From IMG/VR virus record IMGVR_UViG_3300031689_000528: a stretch of 64,000 nucleotides of DNA. One strand, 5' to 3'. Origin of the DNA: an uncultured virus (IMG/VR IMGVR_UViG_3300031689_000528) (Duplodnaviria; Heunggongvirae; Uroviricota; Caudoviricetes). Made by a program: the position numbers and the translations under genes. A model generated the notes under the pieces. The model saw nothing but the letters and a program-made list of their open reading frames with translations. It was not told the origin of the DNA and searched no databases. Of this stretch, positions 37,351 through 46,385 are shown in pieces (position 1 is the stretch's first letter; each line of letters begins with the position of its first letter).

Positions 37351-38454
37351 ATGAAAACTAAAACATTAACTACTGAACAGGCATTGTATTGTGCTAACAT
37401 ATTTAATGATTACTTCGGTAAGTTTAGTCGTATAGATCAGTATATGAGAGATCAAAAACTATCTCAAATATCAGATGTACCGGCTGCATTACCTGGAATG
37501 GGTTTAGAGGGTGAAATATTTTCAAACTTTGATATGTCACCTAAAGATATGGACTTTGAAATATTAGAACCAGATAATGAGACGTATAATACATTATTAA
37601 ATATGATTTCTTCTCATACTAATATGTCAAGTGTACCTGGTAAAAATTTAAAGATTGCAATAAGAGAAAAGAATAGTGGTCAATGGGTAGGTTTTATAAG
37701 ATGTGGTTCTCCTGTTATAAACATGAAACCAAGAAACGAATTATTAACTCATGTACCAGAATTAGTAAGTTTCAATAAGACTTCTATTATGGGATTTGTT
37801 ATAGTACCAACTCAACCTTTTGGTTTTAATTACCTAGGTGGTAAACTATTAGCAGCTATATGTTGTAGTCACACTATAAGAGAAAAATTAAATGACAAAT
37901 ATGGTATGAACTTATCATTGTTTGAAACTACAAGTTTATATGGTAATAGTAAATCATCAAGTCAATATGATGGCATGAAACCTTATTTAAGATACAAAGG
38001 TCTAACCGATAGTGACTTCATACCTTTGATACATGGCAAACCTTTCCATGACCTATCTGACTATGCTGAAAATTGCGTTGGTCAACTTGTTAAACAAGAC
38101 GCTTCAAGTAGAAAATTAAAACAAACACAAGCTATAATTGCTTTAGTTAAAAGATCATTATCAGGTAATGATTTAGAAACTTTTAATACAACTATAAGTA
38201 ATGCAAAGAAACTAACTGAAAGAAAAAGATACTATGTTAGTGACTATGGTATTAAGAACTATCTAGATATAGTAAAAGATAACACTAAAGAAATAATCAA
38301 AGGTGAGAATTGGGATAAATTTGAACTAAATAATATCATACAATGGTGGAAAAAGAAAGCAGAATCAAGATATAATAAACTAAAAGAAGATGGTAGATTA
38401 AGAAATGATTTAGAAATCTGGACACCAGAGGCAGAAATAGACATTATCAGATAA
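37351..38454 (+). CDS. DUF4338/DruA-like protein (copy 2)
   Basis: IVPTQPFGFNYLGGKLLA, ETTSLYG, SQYDGMK. Confidence 0.65.
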   Translation: MKTKTLTTEQALYCANIFNDYFGKFSRIDQYMRDQKLSQISDVPAALPGMGLEGEIFSNFDMSPKDMDFEILEPDNETYNTLLNMISSHTNMSSVPGKNLKIAIREKNSGQWVGFIRCGSPVINMKPRNELLTHVPELVSFNKTSIMGFVIVPTQPFGFNYLGGKLLAAICCSHTIREKLNDKYGMNLSLFETTSLYGNSKSSSQYDGMKPYLRYKGLTDSDFIPLIHGKPFHDLSDYAENCVGQLVKQDASSRKLKQTQAIIALVKRSLSGNDLETFNTTISNAKKLTERKRYYVSDYGIKNYLDIVKDNTKEIIKGENWDKFELNNIIQWWKKKAESRYNKLKEDGRLRNDLEIWTPEAEIDIIR

Positions 38455-38456
38455 TA

Positions 38457-38762
38457 ATGATGGCAATAGCAGAGACACACTATAACGAATTAAAAGAATA
38501 TTGGGACTTCCAAAGGAAGAGAGAATACAATTACGAACAACTATGTAATGTATGCGACAATATAGGTTCAAACTTTAGGTTTACCAATGGTAAAAATGGT
38601 GAAGAACTAAAAAATGATTTATGGAACAAAATACAACCGGACGAGTATGAAGAGCCGCCTAAAGATTGGGTTCCACAAGATGAGAAGTATAGACTATGGA
38701 ACGAAGGAACACCAAAGAAATTTAAAGTGTCCTTTAAGAAAATGAAAACAGTACAAGCTTGA
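38457..38762 (+). CDS. hypothetical protein
   Basis: ORF tightly packed after the previous gene. Confidence 0.6.
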   Translation: MMAIAETHYNELKEYWDFQRKREYNYEQLCNVCDNIGSNFRFTNGKNGEELKNDLWNKIQPDEYEEPPKDWVPQDEKYRLWNEGTPKKFKVSFKKMKTVQA

Positions 38763-38787
38763 CAATGTCTAAAAGATATGTTATAGT
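38759..38787 (+). promoter_or_regulatory. sigma70-like promoter for uvsX
   Basis: TTGACA-N17-TATAGT. Confidence 0.7.
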
Positions 38788-38816
38788 TAGTACATTATAA
38801 TTAAGGAGATAATAAT

Positions 38817-39836
38817 ATGAGTGATTTTTTAAAAGATATAATCAAAGAGAGTGGAAATGAGTATGCAGGTTTAGTAAGTGATGGTATGGATAGTGATGTA
38901 TCAAGTTTCATTGACACAGGTTCTTATTCTTTTAATGCTCTACTATCTGGTAGTATCTATGGTGGATTACCAGCAAACAAAATTACAGCAATTGCCGGCG
39001 AGGCAGCAACAGGTAAAACATTTTTTGCATTAGGTATTGTACAGAATTTTTTAGATGTAAACAAAGACGCTGGTGTTATTTACTTTGAATCAGAAAGTGC
39101 CGTATCAAAAGACATGATTGAAAGTCGTGGCGTTGATGGTACTAGAATGGTCGTTGTACCAGTTGCTACAGTACAAGAATTTAGAGCTCAATCAATAAAA
39201 ATTATTGACAAATATTTAGAACAACCAGAGAAGACGAGAAAACCTTTGTTGTTTGTATTAGATAGTTTAGGTATGTTATCTACTACAAAAGAAATGGAAG
39301 ACACAGCCGCTGGTAAAGAAACAAGAGACATGACAAGATCACAAATTGTTAAGTCAACTTTTAGAGTATTAACATTGAAACTAGGTAAAGCAGGTATTCC
39401 TATGATTATGACCAATCATACGTATGATGTTATTGGTTCAATGTTCCCTCAAAAAGAAATGGGAGGTGGTTCAGGACTAAAATACGCTGCCTCATCAATC
39501 ATCTATTTAAGTAAACGTAAAGAAAAAGAAGGTACGGAAGTAGTTGGTAATATTATACATTGTAAAAATTATAAGTCTAGATTGACAAAAGAAAACGCAC
39601 AAATTGATGTTAAGTTAACCTATAAAAAAGGTCTTGATAAGCACTATGGTTTATTAGATATGGCAGAAGCAGCCGGTATCTTTACCAAAACTTCTACAAG
39701 ATTTGAAACACCACAAGGTAAGGTGTTTGGTAAAACCATCAATGACGATCCAGAAAAGTATTTTACAAAGGAGATATTAACCAAAATAGATGAATACGCC
39801 AACAAAAAATTCAAATACGGATCAGACGAAGAATAA
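38817..39836 (+). CDS. uvsX: RecA-like recombinase UvsX
   Basis: [26 protein letters not shown]. Confidence 0.95.
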   Translation: MSDFLKDIIKESGNEYAGLVSDGMDSDVSSFIDTGSYSFNALLSGSIYGGLPANKITAIAGEAATGKTFFALGIVQNFLDVNKDAGVIYFESESAVSKDMIESRGVDGTRMVVVPVATVQEFRAQSIKIIDKYLEQPEKTRKPLLFVLDSLGMLSTTKEMEDTAAGKETRDMTRSQIVKSTFRVLTLKLGKAGIPMIMTNHTYDVIGSMFPQKEMGGGSGLKYAASSIIYLSKRKEKEGTEVVGNIIHCKNYKSRLTKENAQIDVKLTYKKGLDKHYGLLDMAEAAGIFTKTSTRFETPQGKVFGKTINDDPEKYFTKEILTKIDEYANKKFKYGSDEE

Positions 39837-40113
39837 GAAGTACGTCTTTGCACAAAAGACTGGTGACGATTTTACGGCTATAAAGTTACTTGAAGATAAG
39901 TACAGAAATGTAATCTACAAGTACGGTAAAGTTGCGTTTGCTAAAGACGAAAAGCCAGATGGCACATTGCCAATGAAGTTTGATTATGATATACTAACCA
40001 ATCCAGAATCAAAAGACATTGAGAACCAAGAGTTTATAGATTACATCGGTGACATATTGATAGAAGTAATGGAACAACAATTAAATAATGGAAAGGTAGA
40101 GTTCAGTGAATAA
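39790..40113 (+). CDS. hypothetical protein (gp40 position)
   Basis: Between uvsX and gp41, as T4 gp40 is. Confidence 0.55.
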   Translation: MNTPTKNSNTDQTKNKKYVFAQKTGDDFTAIKLLEDKYRNVIYKYGKVAFAKDEKPDGTLPMKFDYDILTNPESKDIENQEFIDYIGDILIEVMEQQLNNGKVEFSE

Positions 40114-41473
40114 CGAAAGAATAGAAGTCACCATATTAAGAAACTTAATGTTTAACGAACTGTATATGCGAAAAGCAATACCGTTTTTAAAAGACATATA
40201 CTTTTCTAAAAGAGAAGAATCAATATTGTTTTCAGAAATATATTCCTTTGTTGAGAAGTATCAGAATCTTCCTACTAAAGAAACTATTTTGGTTGAAATG
40301 GGTTACAGAAAAGATTTAAATGATCAAGACGTTGCTGGTGTAAAAGATTTAGTGACACAGCTAAGTCCTGAAGATGTTGATTCAAAATGGCTTATAGATA
40401 CTACAGAAAAGTTTTGTAAAGATAGAGCAGTACATAATGCCGTACTTGATGGTATTAAGATACTTGATGGTAAAGACAAAGAGAGACAATCGGAGGCGAT
40501 ACCAAGTATCTTGGCAGACGCCTTATCAGTTTCATTTGATAACCATATCGGGCATGACTATCTTAACGACAGTGATGAAAGATTTAATTGGTATCATACA
40601 AAAGAAAAGAAGTATCAATTTGATCTAGGTTACTTCAATAGAATTACAAAAGGTGGTGTACCAAGTAAGACTTTAAATATTGCTCTTGCAGGTACAGGTG
40701 TTGGTAAATCATTGTTCATGTGCCACGTAGCTGCTAGTTTCTTAGCACAAGGATTAAATGTATTATATATTACTTTAGAAATGGCAGAGGAAAGAATTGC
40801 AGAAAGAATAGACGCTAACTTATTAGATGTTTCTATGGACGATCTACATGATATGCCAAAATCATTATATGAAGATAAGATAACAAAAATTAAAGATAAG
40901 ACTAAAGGTCAATTAATTATAAAAGAATATCCTACAGCGTCTGCTCATAGTGGTCACTTTAGAAGTTTATTAAATGAACTGTCTTTAAAGAAAAGTTTTA
41001 AACCACAAGTGTTGTTTATTGATTATCTAAACATTTGTTCTAGTAGTAGATTTAAAGGTGGTAATATATCATCGTATTTTTATATTAAGGCAATCGCTGA
41101 AGAATTAAGAGGACTTGCCGTAGAGTTTGATATGCCTATCTTTAGTGCAACTCAAACAACTAGAACAGGATTTGTTTCAACTGATATTGGTTTAGAAGAT
41201 ACATCTGAATCATTTGGTCTTCCAGCAACGGCAGACTTTATGTTTGCTTTGATGTCTAATGAAGAACTAGAGCAGTTAGGACAAATGAAAGTAAAACAAT
41301 TAAAGAATAGGTACAACGATCCTTCTTTACATCGTTCTTTCATTATAGGTGTAGATAGAGCCAAGATGAAACTATATGATGTTGAAAACAATGCTCAAAA
41401 CATTGTAGACAAAGGACCAGAACCTAAAAAAATAGATAACCCTTACGATAAATTTTCGGATTTTAAAGTATAA
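40106..41473 (+). CDS. gp41: replicative DNA helicase
   Basis: AGTGVGKS, TLEMAE, IDYLNI, SESFGLPATAD, KQLKNRY. Confidence 0.96.
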   Translation: MNNERIEVTILRNLMFNELYMRKAIPFLKDIYFSKREESILFSEIYSFVEKYQNLPTKETILVEMGYRKDLNDQDVAGVKDLVTQLSPEDVDSKWLIDTTEKFCKDRAVHNAVLDGIKILDGKDKERQSEAIPSILADALSVSFDNHIGHDYLNDSDERFNWYHTKEKKYQFDLGYFNRITKGGVPSKTLNIALAGTGVGKSLFMCHVAASFLAQGLNVLYITLEMAEERIAERIDANLLDVSMDDLHDMPKSLYEDKITKIKDKTKGQLIIKEYPTASAHSGHFRSLLNELSLKKSFKPQVLFIDYLNICSSSRFKGGNISSYFYIKAIAEELRGLAVEFDMPIFSATQTTRTGFVSTDIGLEDTSESFGLPATADFMFALMSNEELEQLGQMKVKQLKNRYNDPSLHRSFIIGVDRAKMKLYDVENNAQNIVDKGPEPKKIDNPYDKFSDFKV

Positions 41474-41474
41474 T

Positions 41475-41738
41475 ATGGCTACACAAAAAGTAAGATTTAA
41501 TAAAGAAGATAGAAGACCTAAAGCAAATAAAGATTACGATAAGTTATCTTATTCAAAGAAGATGGTTAAGAAAGGTCGTAAGATTATATGGCATGTTAAA
41601 GAGAAACCAACTAATAATATTATTGCACATTATTTTTTTGAAGAAGACGCAGATAAACTAGTTAAATTTCAAAACAAAAATAGAGTGTGGGAAATGAACG
41701 GTGGTGTTCCAAAGTTTCTATGGATTAACAACATATAG
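41475..41738 (+). CDS. hypothetical basic protein
   Basis: ORF immediately after gp41. Confidence 0.6.
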   Translation: MATQKVRFNKEDRRPKANKDYDKLSYSKKMVKKGRKIIWHVKEKPTNNIIAHYFFEEDADKLVKFQNKNRVWEMNGGVPKFLWINNI

Positions 41739-41753
41739 TACTTGCCATCTTCT

Positions 41754-41761
41754 TATAAATA
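41754..41761 (+). promoter_or_regulatory. late promoter TATAAATA
   Basis: Exact consensus, intergenic. Confidence 0.65.
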
Positions 41762-41776
41762 TGGTATAAGAAAGTT

Positions 41777-43198
41777 ATGGCATACAATTTAGCAACACTA
41801 TCAACATTGGTACAACACGTACCTTCAAAATTAAAAGGTGATTTTACATCTATATTAAAATTGATGGACGAGGGTGCTTACTATGGTGATGACGCTCCAG
41901 TAACTAAAAGTAAGAAGTACACAGTAAAGGTTACTCCTTCAAATTTTTATAAGATATGTGGTTTACTAATAAAGAAGTATGACGCAACCATTAAACAAGG
42001 TGCTAAAAAATCAGCAGACGTTGTAATACAAGAATTTAAGATTAGGTTTATAGAGACAGGTAAGAAATCAGTAGGTTCTCTGGACGCAACAGTTGTACAG
42101 AAACAAGAACTTGCCTCACTTTGGATTATTCAAAGATCATTAAAAGATAAAAAGAAGTATACATGTCCTGAAGATATATCAAGAGACGTAAAGTATAAAG
42201 AACTAGTAGCAATATATCCAGATGTTATGGAAGATGGTTGGCTGGATAATTTTTATCAACAACAAAAGAAGATGTTAGAAGTTTTTTCTGGTGTAAACTT
42301 TACAGAATATAACAGAGACGGTGGTTTTATGACCTATATCTCCAACTTAATAAGAGACAAGTTTAAAATATCTAAAAAAGATAGTTGGAATCCTGCCGAC
42401 ATATGGTTAATCAGTAATGAAACTTCAGTAAGAAAAACTATTGATCAGGCCATGTCAGGCAAGTCTGTATCTATTTCAAAATTAAATGATGTGATGAAGA
42501 TACTATATGCAAAAAATAAATTAGCAGGTGTATCATTAAAGAAAGTATCAGGTAACGTAGCAAGATTTGAAGAAGTAAATACTAAAAACGCATTAATGAA
42601 AGACGCCAAGTTTGTAATGAAGTTAGATAAATCGGTTATGAATATGAAAACTAAATCAGATAAAACATTATCGTCCTCTGATATGAGAATAGATATTAAA
42701 TCTGCTAATGATGTATGCGAATTTCAGATCAGACAAAACGGAAAAGGCTTTCAACAGAATTTAAAATTTGATGGTAAGTTTAAAGGTGCTGGAGCTGCTC
42801 GTGTAGGTAAAGTACCGTTAGAGTTACTAACCAAATTACTAGCCGAGTATGGTGTAGGTAACAATGCTAGTAAGTTTTTTGTAAACAAACATCAAATGTA
42901 TCCTAAAAGTTTAAAAGCTTTTGATTTAGTAAAAGAGGTTTACCAAACTAGATTTAATTTTGTAAATACAAAGACGGAAACGGGTATAAAGAATAGTGAT
43001 TTTACACCTAATATGATCAGATCGTTCAACTCGGCTGACTTAAAGAACGGTGTATCACACACAAAGTTAATGGAACTAGACTTTCTTTATTGTATTTACA
43101 AGATACCAGAAGCAAAAAGAAACAAAATGCTAACAGATATGGTGTACTTGGCAGAGAAAAGAGGGTCGCAATTTGGTCCATTTGGCAAGTTGTACTAG
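41777..43198 (+). CDS. putative PD-(D/E)XK-like nuclease
   Basis: KQE...WNPADIW...GVSLKK arrangement. Confidence 0.5.
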   Translation: MAYNLATLSTLVQHVPSKLKGDFTSILKLMDEGAYYGDDAPVTKSKKYTVKVTPSNFYKICGLLIKKYDATIKQGAKKSADVVIQEFKIRFIETGKKSVGSLDATVVQKQELASLWIIQRSLKDKKKYTCPEDISRDVKYKELVAIYPDVMEDGWLDNFYQQQKKMLEVFSGVNFTEYNRDGGFMTYISNLIRDKFKISKKDSWNPADIWLISNETSVRKTIDQAMSGKSVSISKLNDVMKILYAKNKLAGVSLKKVSGNVARFEEVNTKNALMKDAKFVMKLDKSVMNMKTKSDKTLSSSDMRIDIKSANDVCEFQIRQNGKGFQQNLKFDGKFKGAGAARVGKVPLELLTKLLAEYGVGNNASKFFVNKHQMYPKSLKAFDLVKEVYQTRFNFVNTKTETGIKNSDFTPNMIRSFNSADLKNGVSHTKLMELDFLYCIYKIPEAKRNKMLTDMVYLAEKRGSQFGPFGKLY

Positions 43199-43206
43199 TA
43201 TAAATA
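43199..43206 (+). promoter_or_regulatory. late promoter TATAAATA
   Basis: Exact consensus heading the 43281-51706 block. Confidence 0.7.
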
Positions 43207-43280
43207 GAGGTAACAACAAAAATGTTGTTTGAGTTATTAAATGAGATAGTGATTATAGTTATGGAATAAATGAAGGAAAT

Positions 43281-44501
43281 ATGTTTAATTTTAAAGGTTT
43301 TATTACAAAAGAAAAGAACACACATTTAGAACACCTAGAAGACGATATAATTAATAGGGGTTCAGTGGGTGGAGATAATGCTGTTAAGTTTCTAAAATCA
43401 ATTAGAAATATGCTAGCAGGTTCATCTGGTGGTAAAGTAAATATGTCTGTTAAGTGGGACGGTGCTCCCGCTATTGTAGCAGGTATTAATCCAGAAAATG
43501 GTAAATTCTTTGTTGGAACTAAATCAGTATTCAACGCAACACCAAAAATCAATTATACTTCAGGCGATATATCTTCCAACCATTCAGGTCCGGTTGCAGA
43601 GAAATTGAATGTATGTTTAAGAGAATTAAAAAAATTAAGAATAAGAGGTATCTACCAAGGAGATTTACTCTTTACAAATGATACAGTAACAAAAGTTATA
43701 GATGGTGAAAGTATGATTACGTTTACACCAAACACTATTACATATGCTGTACCAGCCAACTCAACAATAGGTAAAAAAATTAGAAGAGCAAGAATAGGAA
43801 TAGTATTTCATACTTACTATTCAGGCAAAACTATGAAATCATTAAATGCTGGTTTTGGTACTGTGTCGGGTAAATCAGGATCATCTTCTATATTTTTAGC
43901 AAGTGCTGGTTATACTGATACATCTGGTTCATCTACATTTACAAAGAGTGAACTATCTAGATTTGATAGTCTAATAAGAATGGCAGAGGGTTCTTTAAGT
44001 AAAGCTTCAACAATACTAAATGAAATGTCAAGAAACAAAGACGCCTTATCTGTAGGGTATAGATTAAAATCTTTCTTCAATCACTATATAAGAAACACAC
44101 AAGGTCATATGGCCAAAGTGAAATCAATGCAAGGTATGTTTAGAGATTACTACAAGAACATATTACAGGCAGAGATAGACGCCAAGAAATCAGATAAAGG
44201 TAAACAAAAATATAAAGATATATTAGATACAAATTTAAAGTATATTGATAGAAATGAATCAGCATTGTATTTTGCAATCGCTAGTCATATCAGTTTACAA
44301 AATGCAAAGAACTTTTTAGTAAGTAAACTTTCGCAAGTACAAAACATAGGTCACTTCATAAGAACATCAACCGGTTACAGAGTAACTAATCCAGAGGGTT
44401 ATGTTGCAGTAGATAGATCAGCAGGTGCAGTTAAACTTGTGGATAGACTAGAATTTAGTAGAGCCAACTTCACGATTAGTAAAGATTGGGTCAAAGGATA
44501 A
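43281..44501 (+). CDS. conserved T4-like protein (DUF6267-like) with ligase/nucleotidyltransferase motifs
   Basis: NTHLEHLED; SVKWDG (motif I KxDG), QGDLLF, PEGYVA (motif IV), VKLVDR (motif V). Confidence 0.65.
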   Translation: MFNFKGFITKEKNTHLEHLEDDIINRGSVGGDNAVKFLKSIRNMLAGSSGGKVNMSVKWDGAPAIVAGINPENGKFFVGTKSVFNATPKINYTSGDISSNHSGPVAEKLNVCLRELKKLRIRGIYQGDLLFTNDTVTKVIDGESMITFTPNTITYAVPANSTIGKKIRRARIGIVFHTYYSGKTMKSLNAGFGTVSGKSGSSSIFLASAGYTDTSGSSTFTKSELSRFDSLIRMAEGSLSKASTILNEMSRNKDALSVGYRLKSFFNHYIRNTQGHMAKVKSMQGMFRDYYKNILQAEIDAKKSDKGKQKYKDILDTNLKYIDRNESALYFAIASHISLQNAKNFLVSKLSQVQNIGHFIRTSTGYRVTNPEGYVAVDRSAGAVKLVDRLEFSRANFTISKDWVKG

Positions 44502-44510
44502 ATATAAGCA

Positions 44511-44867
44511 ATGAAAACATACAAAGAATACGAAAACAAATTAGATCATATTGATAGCTTATGTGAAGATATGAAATATGACGACCTTGTAGTTGAAGAA
44601 ATTGAACATCAAGGAAAGAAAGTAAAACTAAACAACCCTACTAGAACACCTAGTGGACCAGGTAAGTTTGCAGTGTACGTTAAGAACGATAAAGGTAATG
44701 TTGTCAAGGTAACTTTTGGTGATCCCAATATGGAAATCAAAAGAGACAGTGTAGCAAGACGTAAATCTTTCAGAGCAAGACACAACTGTGAAAATCCAGG
44801 TCCTAAATGGAAGGCAAGATATTGGTCATGTTATCAATGGAGAGCTGGTGCAAAGGTAGATAATTAA
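44511..44867 (+). CDS. conserved phage protein (DUF6321-like)
   Basis: VTFGDP, RRKSFRARHNC, KARYWSC. Confidence 0.7.
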   Translation: MKTYKEYENKLDHIDSLCEDMKYDDLVVEEIEHQGKKVKLNNPTRTPSGPGKFAVYVKNDKGNVVKVTFGDPNMEIKRDSVARRKSFRARHNCENPGPKWKARYWSCYQWRAGAKVDN

Positions 44868-44880
44868 AAATGGAGATACT

Positions 44881-45663
44881 ATGTATATAAAAGGTGGAAT
44901 GAAAAAACTTTCCAAGGCTATCGCCAAGTCAGCGAAAGAAGGATTTGATAAAGAGATAGCAAAAGCACAAGAAGAAGAAAATCAAATACAGGCAATGGAA
45001 CGACAAGCGGCTGGTTTACCACCAATTGATGAACCAGAAACGATGAAGTTTCCTACGCCAGAACCAAGTAAGGAACCACCAATAGAAGAAGTTCCTTATA
45101 TAGAACCGGAGATTATAAGAGTGAACGAAAATTATGACCCCTTAAAGGGAAATTTAACAATGGCTGAAAAATGCGAAGCATGGAAACATAACTTTGCTCA
45201 GTTAAATCCAAAAGAAAAGTTTATGTATCTAATACAACAAAGTAAAGGTGTTGTTAAATTAGATGAGAAGACACAGAGAATACAAGGCTATAGAGTTTAT
45301 GGTTGTGTAAGTCAGGTATGGGTATTACCATCATTAAAAGGTGATAATATGATACTAGAAATGGACGCAGACTCACATGAAGCAAGAGGAGTTGTTTACA
45401 TACTTAAAAACATTTTCTCAGGTCATACACCAAAAGAAATCATTGAGTTTAATGTACATACTATTATGGACATTGGTTTTTTAGATGTTTTATCTATTGA
45501 TAGAGTTGACGGTACTTATGCAATTATACAAGCAATCAAAGCTTATGCAACAGACACACAACAAATAATAGATGAACAGTCTGGTATTGTTAATACAAAG
45601 AGTGTATATAAACCAGGTAACGCTACTAACAAAGATTACTTCAAGGACTTTAAAGACGAATAA
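44881..45663 (+). CDS. SufE-like sulfur-transfer domain protein with N-terminal extension
   Basis: RVYGCVSQVWV, DADS..ARG, SGHTPKEI, LSIDR.DG. Confidence 0.8.
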   Translation: MYIKGGMKKLSKAIAKSAKEGFDKEIAKAQEEENQIQAMERQAAGLPPIDEPETMKFPTPEPSKEPPIEEVPYIEPEIIRVNENYDPLKGNLTMAEKCEAWKHNFAQLNPKEKFMYLIQQSKGVVKLDEKTQRIQGYRVYGCVSQVWVLPSLKGDNMILEMDADSHEARGVVYILKNIFSGHTPKEIIEFNVHTIMDIGFLDVLSIDRVDGTYAIIQAIKAYATDTQQIIDEQSGIVNTKSVYKPGNATNKDYFKDFKDE

Positions 45664-46385
45664 TGAAAACAATTAAAGAAGTCAACACAATGTTACAAGA
45701 GGGAGTGTACGATCCAGGTATATTCAAAGCTTTCTTTTTAGCAGGTGGTCCAGGTTCGGGCAAGACTTTTATTACACAATCAGCATTTGCTGGTACAGGA
45801 TTGAAAGTAGTTAATTCAGATACAATCTTTGAAAGAAGTTTGTTAAAGGCAAATTTATCATTAAAAATGCCAGACCATGAAGAATACTTTAGAGACATTG
45901 TAAGAAGAAGATCAAAACTTACAGCAGGTTCTCAATTGGAACAATATGTACAAGGCAGATTAGGGTTAATCATAGACGCAACAGGTAGAGATAAGACAGT
46001 TATTACAAGACAACACTCTATGTTAAAGGCGATTGGCTATGATACGTATATGATCTTTGTAAACACAAGTTTAGAAGTTGCACAACAAAGAAACTTAAAT
46101 AGACCTAGGTCTGTACCTGAATACATTGTACAGAATAGTTGGAACAAAGTACAACAAAACATTGGTAGTTTCCAAAGTACATTTAAACCAATGAACATGT
46201 TAGTTGTTGACAATAACAGATCAGAAAAAGAACTTGTTACTAATACGGTTGCTACAGCAAGTAAATATATTAGAAGACAAATAAGTAGAAATCCAGATAA
46301 CTATCTTGCTAAACAATGGATAGCAAAAGAACTAGAGGCAAAAAATTCTCTAGTACAAAGTTCACTTGCAAAGATGAGAAAATGA
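45663..46385 (+). CDS. P-loop kinase (zeta/AAA_33/PNK-like)
   Basis: FLAGGPGSGKT, VNSD, IIDATG, RNLNRPR lid. Confidence 0.8.
   Translation: MKTIKEVNTMLQEGVYDPGIFKAFFLAGGPGSGKTFITQSAFAGTGLKVVNSDTIFERSLLKANLSLKMPDHEEYFRDIVRRRSKLTAGSQLEQYVQGRLGLIIDATGRDKTVITRQHSMLKAIGYDTYMIFVNTSLEVAQQRNLNRPRSVPEYIVQNSWNKVQQNIGSFQSTFKPMNMLVVDNNRSEKELVTNTVATASKYIRRQISRNPDNYLAKQWIAKELEAKNSLVQSSLAKMRK

Noticed and set aside
45663..46385. Zeta toxin-antitoxin module
   Set aside because: No evident epsilon-like antitoxin; the context fits a generic P-loop kinase better
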